The notes under the pieces were generated by a model that saw only the letters and a list, made by a program, of their open reading frames with translations, made no database searches and was not told the DNA's origin. From sequence record SRR20825019_2447: a stretch of 35,710 nucleotides of DNA; one strand, written 5' to 3'. This document shows, in pieces, positions 1-8,078 of the stretch (the stretch's first letter is position 1; each line of letters opens with the position of its first letter). A program made the translations under genes and the position numbers.

Positions 1-258
1 GCTGATCCTCGTGGCCATGCTCATGGTGGGAGCTGTCGGACTCGGGCCGCTGCCCGGGATACGATCTTCCGTTTCGAACTGAATCTATGCGAGTCTTTGA
101 TACTTGGCATAGTCGGAGCGGGTGGGATCGGTTTCTATATCCAGACCTACGTGCGATCCTTCCAGTATGAAAAAGCGGCCAGCGTCACGATTGCGGTTGT
201 CGTTATGGTCATCGCTATAGAGGCCATAAACGTTACTCTGCGCCGTCGATTTACCTGA
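1..258 (+). pseudogene. phnE: PhnE/PtxC-like phosphonate ABC permease, 3' remnant with internal deletion and frameshift
   Basis: Frame 2 reads LILVAMLMVGAVGLGPLPGI. Frame 1 continues TIFRFELNLCESLILGIVGAGGIGFYIQTYVRSFQYEKAASVTIAVVVMVIAIEAINVTLRRRFT*, TGA 256-258. Both are PhnE motifs, but the EAA-loop segment normally between them is absent. Confidence 0.75.
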
Positions 259-261
259 TCT

Positions 262-545
262 TCACGCATAGATTTTTTTGATGGACGTTCCGTTCCTGAT
301 CATGGCGTACATTTCTTCGATCTGGCGGCCCGTGACGGCCATGCAGTCTGGCGTGCAGTCGCGGACATTCATGGGGTCGATCCCGCGCTGAGGCCCGCCA
401 TTAGTGAAGTTGTCACCGCCGGGAGCCGGGCCCTGCGCCTCAGCGGAAGCGATGTCTGCCGCGTTGGGACAGGAAATGCCGATTGAGAGTTGAAAAATTT
501 TCCCGGATTTCGCTGATCGATCAGGTATGAGGCCTCCGCAGCACG
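262..545 (-). pseudogene. L,D-transpeptidase (YkuD family) C-terminal remnant
   Basis: EASYLIDQRNPG in one frame, then a frameshift near the A/T run at ~493-501, then QLSIGISCPNAADIASAEAQGPAPGGDNFTNGGP...VRDCTPDCMAVTGRQIEEMYAMIRNGT. This resembles YkuD (LSIGISYPN...GGDIFIHG...DWTxGCIAV) with the catalytic His replaced. The 5' part is missing where the ATPase ends. Confidence 0.65.
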
Positions 546-550
546 CCGGA

Positions 551-2911
551 TCAATGACCATGCGCCAGCGTGCCCTTCGCCACCTGCTCGCCCGCCGGTT
601 CACCGCCCGATGGGCCGTCTTTGACCTGATGGCCGTTCAAAAGGCGCAGCGCATTGGCCACGACGAGCAGCGATACACCCACATCAGCCGCGATCGCGCC
701 CCACATCGAGGCCATGCCGAACGCTGTCAGCCCAACGAAAAGCGCTTTCGTCGCGAGCGAGAGGCCGATATTCTGGCGGATGATGCTGATCGTGCGGCGC
801 GAATGGCCTATGAGCCACGGAATCCTGCCGATGTCGTCGGTCATAAGCGCGATGTCCGCCGTCTCGATGGCTGCATCGGAACCGACCGCGCCCATGGCGA
901 TGCCGTAATGAGCTCGCGCCATGGCTGGGGCGTCGTTCACTCCGTCGCCGACCATCGCCACCATCTCGTGCGACGCAACCAACTTCTCGATCGCCTCGAC
1001 CTTGTCTTCAGGCAGAAGCTCGGCGCGCACCTCGTCGATACCGACCTCGGCGGCGACCGCGCGTGCGGTGCGTTCGTTGTCACCGGTCAGCATGACTATG
1101 GTCTTGACGCCTTGGGCGTGCAGTCGCGCCACGATGCCCTTGGCGTCGGGGCGAATGCGGTCGCGCAGTTCGAGCAAGCCGAGCACTCCGCCGTCGTCGC
1201 CCACGACGACCATGGTCGCGCCCGCAGCTTCGATCCGCTCACGCAGGTCGGCGGGGATCGCTTCGGCAACCCCCTTCTCGGCGGCGAAGCGGTCGGAGCC
1301 GAGCCAGACCGCGTGGCTCCGAAAATGGCCTTCGAGGCCGCGGCCCGGCACCGTGCGGGTATCCTCGGCGGCAGTCACTTGCGAACCGGCGCGGTCCAGA
1401 ACGGCGCGCGCTAGCGGGTGCGAGGAGCGCGCCTCGAGCGATGCGGCGACGGCGAGCAGATCGGCCTCCGACGTACCTCCGAGCGGATACACGGCGGCCA
1501 CCTCGGGCTTGCCTTCTGTGATCGTACCGGTCTTGTCGAGCGCTAGAGCCGTGGTGCGCGCCGGCGCCTCGACATAGGCGCCACCCTTGATCAGCACGCC
1601 GCCCCGCGCCGAGGCGGTGAGCGCCGCAACGATGGAGACCGGCGTCGATATCACCAGCGCGCAGGGGCAGGCGATGACCAAAAGCACCAGCGCGTTGTAG
1701 AACCAGAAGCTCCAAGCCCCGCCCGCAATGAGTGGCGGCAGCAACGCGATTGCGAGCGCCAGCGCCATCACGGCGGGAGTGTAGACACGGGCAAACCGCG
1801 TCACCCACTGCTCCACCTCGGCGCGGCGGGAATGTGCGTCCCCCACCATGCGGACAATCTTCGCGAGCACCGTGTCGGACGCAACCTTCGTGGCCCGCAC
1901 TGTCAGCGTGCCCTCACCGTTGATCGTGCCGGCATAAACCTCGTCGCCCGGTCCCTTGGGGACAAGCGCGCTCTCGCCCGTGATCGGCGCCTGATCGACC
2001 GCACCCGCGCCGTCCGTCACCTCGCCGTCGAGTGGGACGCGATCACCACCACGCACAACGAATCGGTCGCCCACGGCAACCCGTTCGGCCGGCACGACCG
2101 CTTCGACCCCGTCGTCGCGGATCACCCGCGCCGAGGGCGGGGCGAGATCGAGCAACGCCGCGACGGCATTGCGCGCACGCCCCACGCTCCAGCTTTCTAG
2201 ATAGAGCGAAAGCGCGAAGAAGAAGGCCACGGTCGCCGCCTCGAAGAACTCGCCGAGCCCGATCGCGCCGGCGACGGCGACTACCATCAAGAGGTTCATG
2301 TCGGGCGAGACCCTGCGGGCCGATGACCACGCCTTGGGCGCGACGAGCCAGACACCGAACAGGATCGCCAGGCCGAATAACGTCACCTCGGTCAGCGGCA
2401 TCGGCGCCTCGCCATGGCCGGCGAACAGCCCGAGCGCGCCACCCAGGCCCGTCTCGACGATGTGATAAAGGAACCCCGCCGCCCAGAAGCCGCCGCTCAG
2501 CGCCGTGAACCGTCCCTGCCGCAGCAGATGCGCGGCCCGGTCGGCCTCGGCATTGTCCGCATCCCACGGACGGGCGCTCATGCCCGTGCCGGCAACCGCC
2601 TCGAGAATGCGATCGTCGGAGGCATCGCCGGCCGTGTCGAGCACCGTCATGCGCCCGTTGATGACGTCGAAGGCCAGATGTTCGGGCCCGCCGACTTCAG
2701 GCCCAACAACCTTTTTCAGAATTGACACCTCCTCGGCGCAATCCAGGCCGGTTACCAAGAAACTGCGACCGGATACTTCTCCCAGTGAAGTCACCATACC
2801 GTGGTTGGTACTGCAGCACCTGTCCACGCCATCATCATTGCGGCCAGGCTTGTGACTGCATTGACCGCTCGCATTGTCAGAGCAGTAAGTTTGTCTCGAG
2901 TGTTCTTGCAT
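551..2911 (-). CDS. cadA: Heavy-metal translocating P1B-type ATPase, Zn/Cd/Pb (CadA/ZntA-like)
   Basis: TGES, CPC, DKTGT, HP and GDGVNDAP motifs; Lys in TM7 (ATKAL) and ADVG in TM8, typical of P1B-2; HMA-like GLDCAEE domain and Cys/His-rich N-terminus. Confidence 0.93.
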   Translation of the reverse strand: MQEHSRQTYCSDNASGQCSHKPGRNDDGVDRCCSTNHGMVTSLGEVSGRSFLVTGLDCAEEVSILKKVVGPEVGGPEHLAFDVINGRMTVLDTAGDASDDRILEAVAGTGMSARPWDADNAEADRAAHLLRQGRFTALSGGFWAAGFLYHIVETGLGGALGLFAGHGEAPMPLTEVTLFGLAILFGVWLVAPKAWSSARRVSPDMNLLMVVAVAGAIGLGEFFEAATVAFFFALSLYLESWSVGRARNAVAALLDLAPPSARVIRDDGVEAVVPAERVAVGDRFVVRGGDRVPLDGEVTDGAGAVDQAPITGESALVPKGPGDEVYAGTINGEGTLTVRATKVASDTVLAKIVRMVGDAHSRRAEVEQWVTRFARVYTPAVMALALAIALLPPLIAGGAWSFWFYNALVLLVIACPCALVISTPVSIVAALTASARGGVLIKGGAYVEAPARTTALALDKTGTITEGKPEVAAVYPLGGTSEADLLAVAASLEARSSHPLARAVLDRAGSQVTAAEDTRTVPGRGLEGHFRSHAVWLGSDRFAAEKGVAEAIPADLRERIEAAGATMVVVGDDGGVLGLLELRDRIRPDAKGIVARLHAQGVKTIVMLTGDNERTARAVAAEVGIDEVRAELLPEDKVEAIEKLVASHEMVAMVGDGVNDAPAMARAHYGIAMGAVGSDAAIETADIALMTDDIGRIPWLIGHSRRTISIIRQNIGLSLATKALFVGLTAFGMASMWGAIAADVGVSLLVVANALRLLNGHQVKDGPSGGEPAGEQVAKGTLAHGH

Positions 2912-2942
2912 GACCCAGCCTCGTTTTCCCGATAGTGCGGAT

Positions 2943-2973
2943 TATGTAATTGCTACAGCGACTAGAGCTTCAA
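2943..2973 (-). promoter_or_regulatory. MerR-type (CadR/PbrR/ZntR-like) promoter-operator for the ATPase
   Basis: Minus strand TTGAAG-CTCTAGTCGCTGTAGCAAT-TACATA: -35, 19-bp spacer carrying the dyad, -10; about 30 bp upstream of the ATG at 2911. Confidence 0.8.
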
Positions 2974-3078
2974 GAGGAAAATCGCACTTGTTTAACACGC
3001 TTCATCCGGTCGTACTCGATCAGGCCAGTCCATCTTTTTAGGATAGGTCGTTCGCAGCGCGATAGCTTGCCTAGACAT

Positions 3079-5739
3079 TCAGAAGTGAAGAGAAATATCC
3101 CGCCTGTTTGAAATACAAACGGCAATTTCCTCGGCGATGTTATCAGGCAGACGGGTTTGTCCGCGCAGGCCGATCGTATCGGCGATGGCTCGATCATATT
3201 CCTCGATCTGCGGGCGCAGTTGATCGATTGCCCCCTCACGCCAAGTAACTTCCTTTTCAAATAAGACGACAGCTTTTGCCATACCCTCACGCGCCCAATT
3301 TGCATCAGGCGACTCATTCTTGAATTCCCGCTTTACCTTATACAATTGACTTCGGATTTGGCTCGTACCTGATATCTCGGCCAATGAGGCTATGGCTTTA
3401 TTGATGTTATCAACTGTTGACGTCGCCATTCCGGATTGGACGAGGAGACTCAACCCCCGGAACTGGGGAGCGGCATTTTTTAATCGTCCTGTATCCGCCA
3501 ACAAAATCATGGCCGTTTTTACAGGTTCATATGCGTCATCGACACTACGTCGAAAAATTTTCCGTGCGTTGTTTTCTCGTTCCAAAACCGATGAAAACTC
3601 TTCATGCATCGCACTCCATTCGGTCGGGATTTGGGCCATCAGTTCTTCACGGCGGATTTTCAGTCGAGCTCTATCGTCTCGCAGGTCGTTGAGTTCTTCC
3701 TCTGTTTCAGCGCGTTGGCTCTGCGTGATCGCGATATTTAGTTTCGAAACGGCATCATCGATCCGGCGAATGTCGCTTTCGACACCGCGCACGCGAGACA
3801 GAACGGGGCGGTAGAACACCGCCGCTTCTGCGACCTCAACGTAACCCTGCTTGATATTCTGCATGATCGCGAACGCACGCTCTGCGGCGGTCAGCCCTCT
3901 TCGAAAATCGACGCGTAGTTCTTCAGGGAGAGTGGAAAGGTCCGCTCTTCGCATCCGCTCGATGGCGGAGCGGATTTCGGCACCGTCGCTTTCGAACTTT
4001 CGTGCGACGAAATTTTCCATACAGACCTGCAGCCGTGGATTTGTCGTAGGTGGAGCGTATTCCGACAGCAACAGATTTCTGTTGGGAAGGTAATTAACCA
4101 GCACCGGAAATATGAAAACGAGGCCAACAGCCACGAGTTGGAGGGCGATGAATGGAATGACCCCCTTATAGATCTCCGTTGTTTTGATGCTTGGAGGAGT
4201 GACACCACGCAGATAGAATAGCGCGAAGCCGAACGGCGGCGTCAGAAAAGACGTCTGGATCACCAACGCCAACATCACACCGAGCCAGAGCGCGCTGACA
4301 TTGGCGGCTGGGTCCGCAAGGATAATTGGTGCAATGATTGGCACGACAACGACTGTTATCTCGATGAAATCGAGAAAAAATCCCAGTATGAATATGACCA
4401 GCATAACAACGGCGAACTTGTTCCAGAAGCCACCGGGTATGGAGGCTAGGAAATCCTTCACCAAGGCTTCGCCGCCAAATGCGCGGAAAGCCGCGGTGAG
4501 CATTACCGCGCCGAGCAAAATTGCGAACACCATCGCCGTGGTCTTCGTAGTTTCCTCAACCACGTATTTCAGTGTCCGGTCCTTCTTCAGCGTACGCCAT
4601 CCGCTCCAACCAACTGCGTAAACCAGAACGGCCGAGGCGATGCCCGCGAGCGTTACCCCCAAAACGTTCTGAGCAGACTCAATTTTCCGCAGGTTCACAT
4701 CAAACAGGCTGATAACGATCCAGATAGCGCACGTCGCCAAGGCGGCTAACAAGACTGGCCAATAGGCCCGCCGTTCTCCCTCGCAGAGACGATATCCGGC
4801 CATTACCGTTGCACCAGCAGCGCCGATTGCCCCCGCCTGGTTGACTGTTGCCACTCCCGACATGATCGAACCCAGAACCAGTAAGATCAGGGTCAGTGGC
4901 GGGAACAAGGCGAGCAATGTCCTGCCCACCAATCTGCGAGCGTCAGCCCCTGGAAGATTCGATGCAGGAGCCATGTCTGGGCGAATCGCGGCGACAACGA
5001 CCTGATAGAGAATGTACAGGCCGACCAACAACAGCCCCGGGACGAGCGCCCCCATGAACATGTCACTGACACTGGCAGATGCCACGTCGAACTCACTCGG
5101 CATCATCAGCTCGCCGCTGGCGACCTTGTAGAGCGACTGGCGCTCTTGGTTCGCTTTGTATACGGCAGTGGTCAACTGGTGATTGAGGATAATCAGCACG
5201 ATCGACGGCGGGACGATCTGCCCGAGTGTGCCGGTCGCAGCAACGATACCGGTTGCCATCTGCTTCGAGTAGTTTGTCCGGAGCATAGTTGGCAGTGAGA
5301 TCATCCCCATGGCCACGACTGTGGCGCCGATAACACTGGTCGTTGCGGCGAGAAGCGCGCCGACAAGCACCACCGATATACCCAATCCACCGCGAAACGA
5401 TCTGAAAAGCTGGGACATCGCCAGCAGCAGGTCCTCTGCGATCTTCGAGCGTTGCAGCATAAGCCCCATGAAGATGAACAACGGGATCGCGATCAAAACG
5501 TCACTCTCGTCTGACCTGTAGATTCGGCGCAGGTTGGTGACACCTGCCGACAGCCATTCCCCGGGCGTCCCCCCGTGTACGAAGTATGCGTTGGGATCGT
5601 CGGCCAGCAACTGACCCGCGAGGGCCGCCACGGCAATCGACATGATTGCTGCACCGGGTATGGCAAGCGCGACCGGGTATCCCGCACCAAGAGCGAGACA
5701 AAGGAGGGCAAGCAACAATACAAGAAGAAAGGGCTCCAT
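3079..5739 (-). CDS. dctM: TRAP transporter large permease (DctM) with ~330-aa soluble C-terminal extension
   Basis: AIPLFIFMG, GTLGQIVPPS, ILGFFLDFIEI and QTSFLTPPFGFALFYLRG motifs; hydrophilic helical tail after LVNYLP. Confidence 0.9.
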   Translation of the reverse strand: MEPFLLVLLLALLCLALGAGYPVALAIPGAAIMSIAVAALAGQLLADDPNAYFVHGGTPGEWLSAGVTNLRRIYRSDESDVLIAIPLFIFMGLMLQRSKIAEDLLLAMSQLFRSFRGGLGISVVLVGALLAATTSVIGATVVAMGMISLPTMLRTNYSKQMATGIVAATGTLGQIVPPSIVLIILNHQLTTAVYKANQERQSLYKVASGELMMPSEFDVASASVSDMFMGALVPGLLLVGLYILYQVVVAAIRPDMAPASNLPGADARRLVGRTLLALFPPLTLILLVLGSIMSGVATVNQAGAIGAAGATVMAGYRLCEGERRAYWPVLLAALATCAIWIVISLFDVNLRKIESAQNVLGVTLAGIASAVLVYAVGWSGWRTLKKDRTLKYVVEETTKTTAMVFAILLGAVMLTAAFRAFGGEALVKDFLASIPGGFWNKFAVVMLVIFILGFFLDFIEITVVVVPIIAPIILADPAANVSALWLGVMLALVIQTSFLTPPFGFALFYLRGVTPPSIKTTEIYKGVIPFIALQLVAVGLVFIFPVLVNYLPNRNLLLSEYAPPTTNPRLQVCMENFVARKFESDGAEIRSAIERMRRADLSTLPEELRVDFRRGLTAAERAFAIMQNIKQGYVEVAEAAVFYRPVLSRVRGVESDIRRIDDAVSKLNIAITQSQRAETEEELNDLRDDRARLKIRREELMAQIPTEWSAMHEEFSSVLERENNARKIFRRSVDDAYEPVKTAMILLADTGRLKNAAPQFRGLSLLVQSGMATSTVDNINKAIASLAEISGTSQIRSQLYKVKREFKNESPDANWAREGMAKAVVLFEKEVTWREGAIDQLRPQIEEYDRAIADTIGLRGQTRLPDNIAEEIAVCISNRRDISLHF

Positions 5740-5744
5740 GGGAT

Positions 5745-6818
5745 CTACGGCCCCTCCCTGGTCGCGGGATGGACGGTCCCTGCTACCGCATCACAATTAC
5801 GTCCGCCGGGTTCCCCACGACAGTCGGCTACCGCATCAAAAAAAGTGCCGACAAGCTCGACCAGCATCGTGATAGCGAACACCGCGATAAACACAGTCAT
5901 CAAATAGAAGACGTACAGGCCGTTGCCGATGCCCTCGATCTCAAAGGTCAGCAGAGCGCTGTTGATGATAGCTGCTTTCCCCGAGGTCCCGACAATCAGG
6001 ATCAGCCAACAGAACGGCATTCCCAAAAGCACAGCGCCGCATGCATTGACGACGCTTCTGGATCTAAGACCTAAGGCCGTATAAAGAACGTCGATCCGTA
6101 CGTGCCCCTCCTCACGCAGGGCGTATGCGCAGCCTATCAGAAACAGCGGCGCGTACCAGAAACGGACCAAGTCCGCCATGTAGTCTTGCTCATAGGAAAA
6201 GACAAAGCGGGAGATAACCAGCAGCAACTCGGCAACTACGATCAGTAGGGAAAGCCAGGTCACGCCGATCGAACGCGTAATTGAAGCAATGATGATTGCG
6301 ACCCCGACGAGGGACATATGTACGTAACCCCCACGGAATTCTGCTCTCATGAGCTGCTTGAACAGCTCGTCCCCGGCCATCGCGGCAAGCAGATTCTCGC
6401 CCCGCAGGAACGCAAGACTGAAGTCGACCAGGCCGATCAGCAGGACCGACCAGAAGGCAGTGCGAATCAGGAAGGAATTGATGCGGACGATCCGCTCGCG
6501 CTCCTCGCGCAGAAGGCGAAACCGGTCCAAGACCAAGTACGACGCGACAAAAAGAACAGCGATGCCGTAGAATCCGGCCTGAATCATCGAGGAGATATCT
6601 GCGGTTTCACCCGTTACCCCGGCAGGCCCCGGCCATCCGCGCCAATAGGTCAGATAATTATTGAATAGAAAGGCAACAAGAACGGCGAGGCTGCCCCAGC
6701 CGAACAGCCGAGTGAAAATAGCAAGACATATCCTGGAACGCCTCGCATTGTGATCTGGCTCAAAATGAGCTCTGTTCCAAACAGTTTTTGTTTGCGCGTC
6801 GTAATTCTCAAGATTCAT
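5745..6818 (-). CDS. dctQ: TRAP transporter small permease (DctQ) with N-terminal membrane extension
   Basis: AYALREEGHVRIDVLY DctQ motif in the C-terminal half; 357 aa with extra hydrophobic segments; 5 bp from dctM; ATGA overlap with the upstream ORF. Confidence 0.85.
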   Translation of the reverse strand: MNLENYDAQTKTVWNRAHFEPDHNARRSRICLAIFTRLFGWGSLAVLVAFLFNNYLTYWRGWPGPAGVTGETADISSMIQAGFYGIAVLFVASYLVLDRFRLLREERERIVRINSFLIRTAFWSVLLIGLVDFSLAFLRGENLLAAMAGDELFKQLMRAEFRGGYVHMSLVGVAIIIASITRSIGVTWLSLLIVVAELLLVISRFVFSYEQDYMADLVRFWYAPLFLIGCAYALREEGHVRIDVLYTALGLRSRSVVNACGAVLLGMPFCWLILIVGTSGKAAIINSALLTFEIEGIGNGLYVFYLMTVFIAVFAITMLVELVGTFFDAVADCRGEPGGRNCDAVAGTVHPATREGP

Positions 6819-7384
6819 TCTGATGGAAACCTGGCTGGCATAACCCCGACGATCGTCCAGATCACCTCTATGGAAACTACATCATTGCCCCCCCGAATAC
6901 CCGCACCGAAGACAACTCCACTCTCTGAGATCGCCCACAGCATGTAATCACCGACAATCGTGTGCATTTGGTTCATGTAGGCGAGCAAAGTCGGTGACGG
7001 ATTGGGCGATTTTACCGCTTCGCCATCGCCCATACCGCTACTGCCATCACACGAAGCACGGTTCTCATGATAGAGGCGGCGGCCTGACCGTATGATCGTT
7101 CCGTAGAAGGCGGCGGGATTTTGCCCGTCTTGATGCTCCAGCGGAACGCCTTGATGCATGAACGTCCAAAAGCGCTTCATTCTCTGTTGCATGTGAGGGC
7201 TCATGCTCTTAGGCACCCACATGCCGCGAGGCATCCTGCATGGGTTAAATGTATCCCGAGAGTCAGGCAACCGTGATGCTTGGGCAGAAACTTTAGTTCC
7301 GGCGACTGATTGGCCGATCATGAGAAAGGAAGCCGCTAGGAGACGCTCTGCCGTTATTGATCGAATATTCCTTCTATGCAGCAC
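6815..7384 (-). CDS. Degenerate cytochrome c-like exported protein lacking CxxCH (possibly a decaying pseudogene)
   Basis: Signal-peptide-like N-terminus. GRRLYHENRASCDGSSGMGDGEA matches the class I pattern GxxLYxxNCASCHGxxGxGDG with C>R and H>D. DYMLWAISESG is followed by GIRGG where MPAF is usual. Confidence 0.6.
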   Translation of the reverse strand: MLHRRNIRSITAERLLAASFLMIGQSVAGTKVSAQASRLPDSRDTFNPCRMPRGMWVPKSMSPHMQQRMKRFWTFMHQGVPLEHQDGQNPAAFYGTIIRSGRRLYHENRASCDGSSGMGDGEAVKSPNPSPTLLAYMNQMHTIVGDYMLWAISESGVVFGAGIRGGNDVVSIEVIWTIVGVMPARFPSE

Positions 7385-7537
7385 GGTGTTCCTCCGACGC
7401 CCCTTGAGACCCGATTTGGTTTAAAGTTGGTTCGGCGCACTATTTTTCCTAAAACTGAGTGGTTTCAAACGTGCCCCTCTCCCGCAGTGACGATGTTGAC
7501 AAGGTCCAATTTTCCACTTCCATAGAAGCGCTCTGCA

Positions 7538-7568
7538 AGCCTACACTCTCTAGTCACTATAGCTTCAA
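7538..7568 (-). promoter_or_regulatory. MerR-type promoter-operator for the cytochrome-like/dctQ/dctM unit, overlapping the divergent regulator leader
   Basis: Minus strand TTGAAG-CTATAGTGACTAGAGAGTG-TAGGCT, 19-bp spacer, dyad CTATAG-TGA-CTAGAG; 12 bp from the regulator ATG at 7581. Confidence 0.85.
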
Positions 7569-7580
7569 GGGGGTTTCACT

Positions 7581-8000
7581 ATGGCCGTTGAGCTTTCAAT
7601 CGGTCAGCTTTCCGAAACAACGCGGTGCAAGGTTCCAACCATTCGGTACTACGAACAGATTGGGATGATGCCTGCGGTTAGTCGCACTAGTGGCAATCAA
7701 CGGCGATATGGGCCGGAGCACGTTAAGAGACTCCAGTTTATTCAACATTGCCGCGATTTGGGCTTTCGTCAGAACGCCATAATCGAGCTTTTGGCCCTTA
7801 CAGCTCAACCAAGTCAAGGATGCGAGGTTGTAACAGAAATAGCCAAATCCCACCTCGAAGAGATCAACCGTCGCATCGCTCGATTCTCAGGACTTAAACT
7901 AGAGCTCGAACGAATGATCGACTCCTGTAGCAGCGTAAATATTTCTGAGTGCCGTATTATCGAGGGTCTTGCGGATACTTCAAACGCTGATGCTTCCTAA
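7581..8000 (+). CDS. MerR-family divalent-metal-responsive regulator (CadR/PbrR/ZntR-like)
   Basis: SIGQLS...TIRYYEQIG...RTSGNQRRY HTH; Cys at the start of the dimerisation helix (QGCEVV) plus C-x7-C loop (SCSSVNISEC), the three-Cys divalent pattern. Confidence 0.92.
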   Translation: MAVELSIGQLSETTRCKVPTIRYYEQIGMMPAVSRTSGNQRRYGPEHVKRLQFIQHCRDLGFRQNAIIELLALTAQPSQGCEVVTEIAKSHLEEINRRIARFSGLKLELERMIDSCSSVNISECRIIEGLADTSNADAS

Positions 8001-8078
8001 CCCACTTGGCAGCATATCCATTAATCGGTCATCCGAGTCTGCGCTCGATAGAGCAAATCGGTATTTACGGTTCTGGCG

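Noticed and set aside
527-2855. Several long + strand and alternative-frame ORFs over the ATPase (e.g. 527-1414)
   Set aside because: Shadow frames of a very GC-rich gene; no motifs.
2970-3078. Minus-strand peptide LGKLSRCERP...VKQVRFS faintly like a MerR N-terminus
   Set aside because: Weak gapped similarity, and the wrong strand for a divergent regulator remnant.
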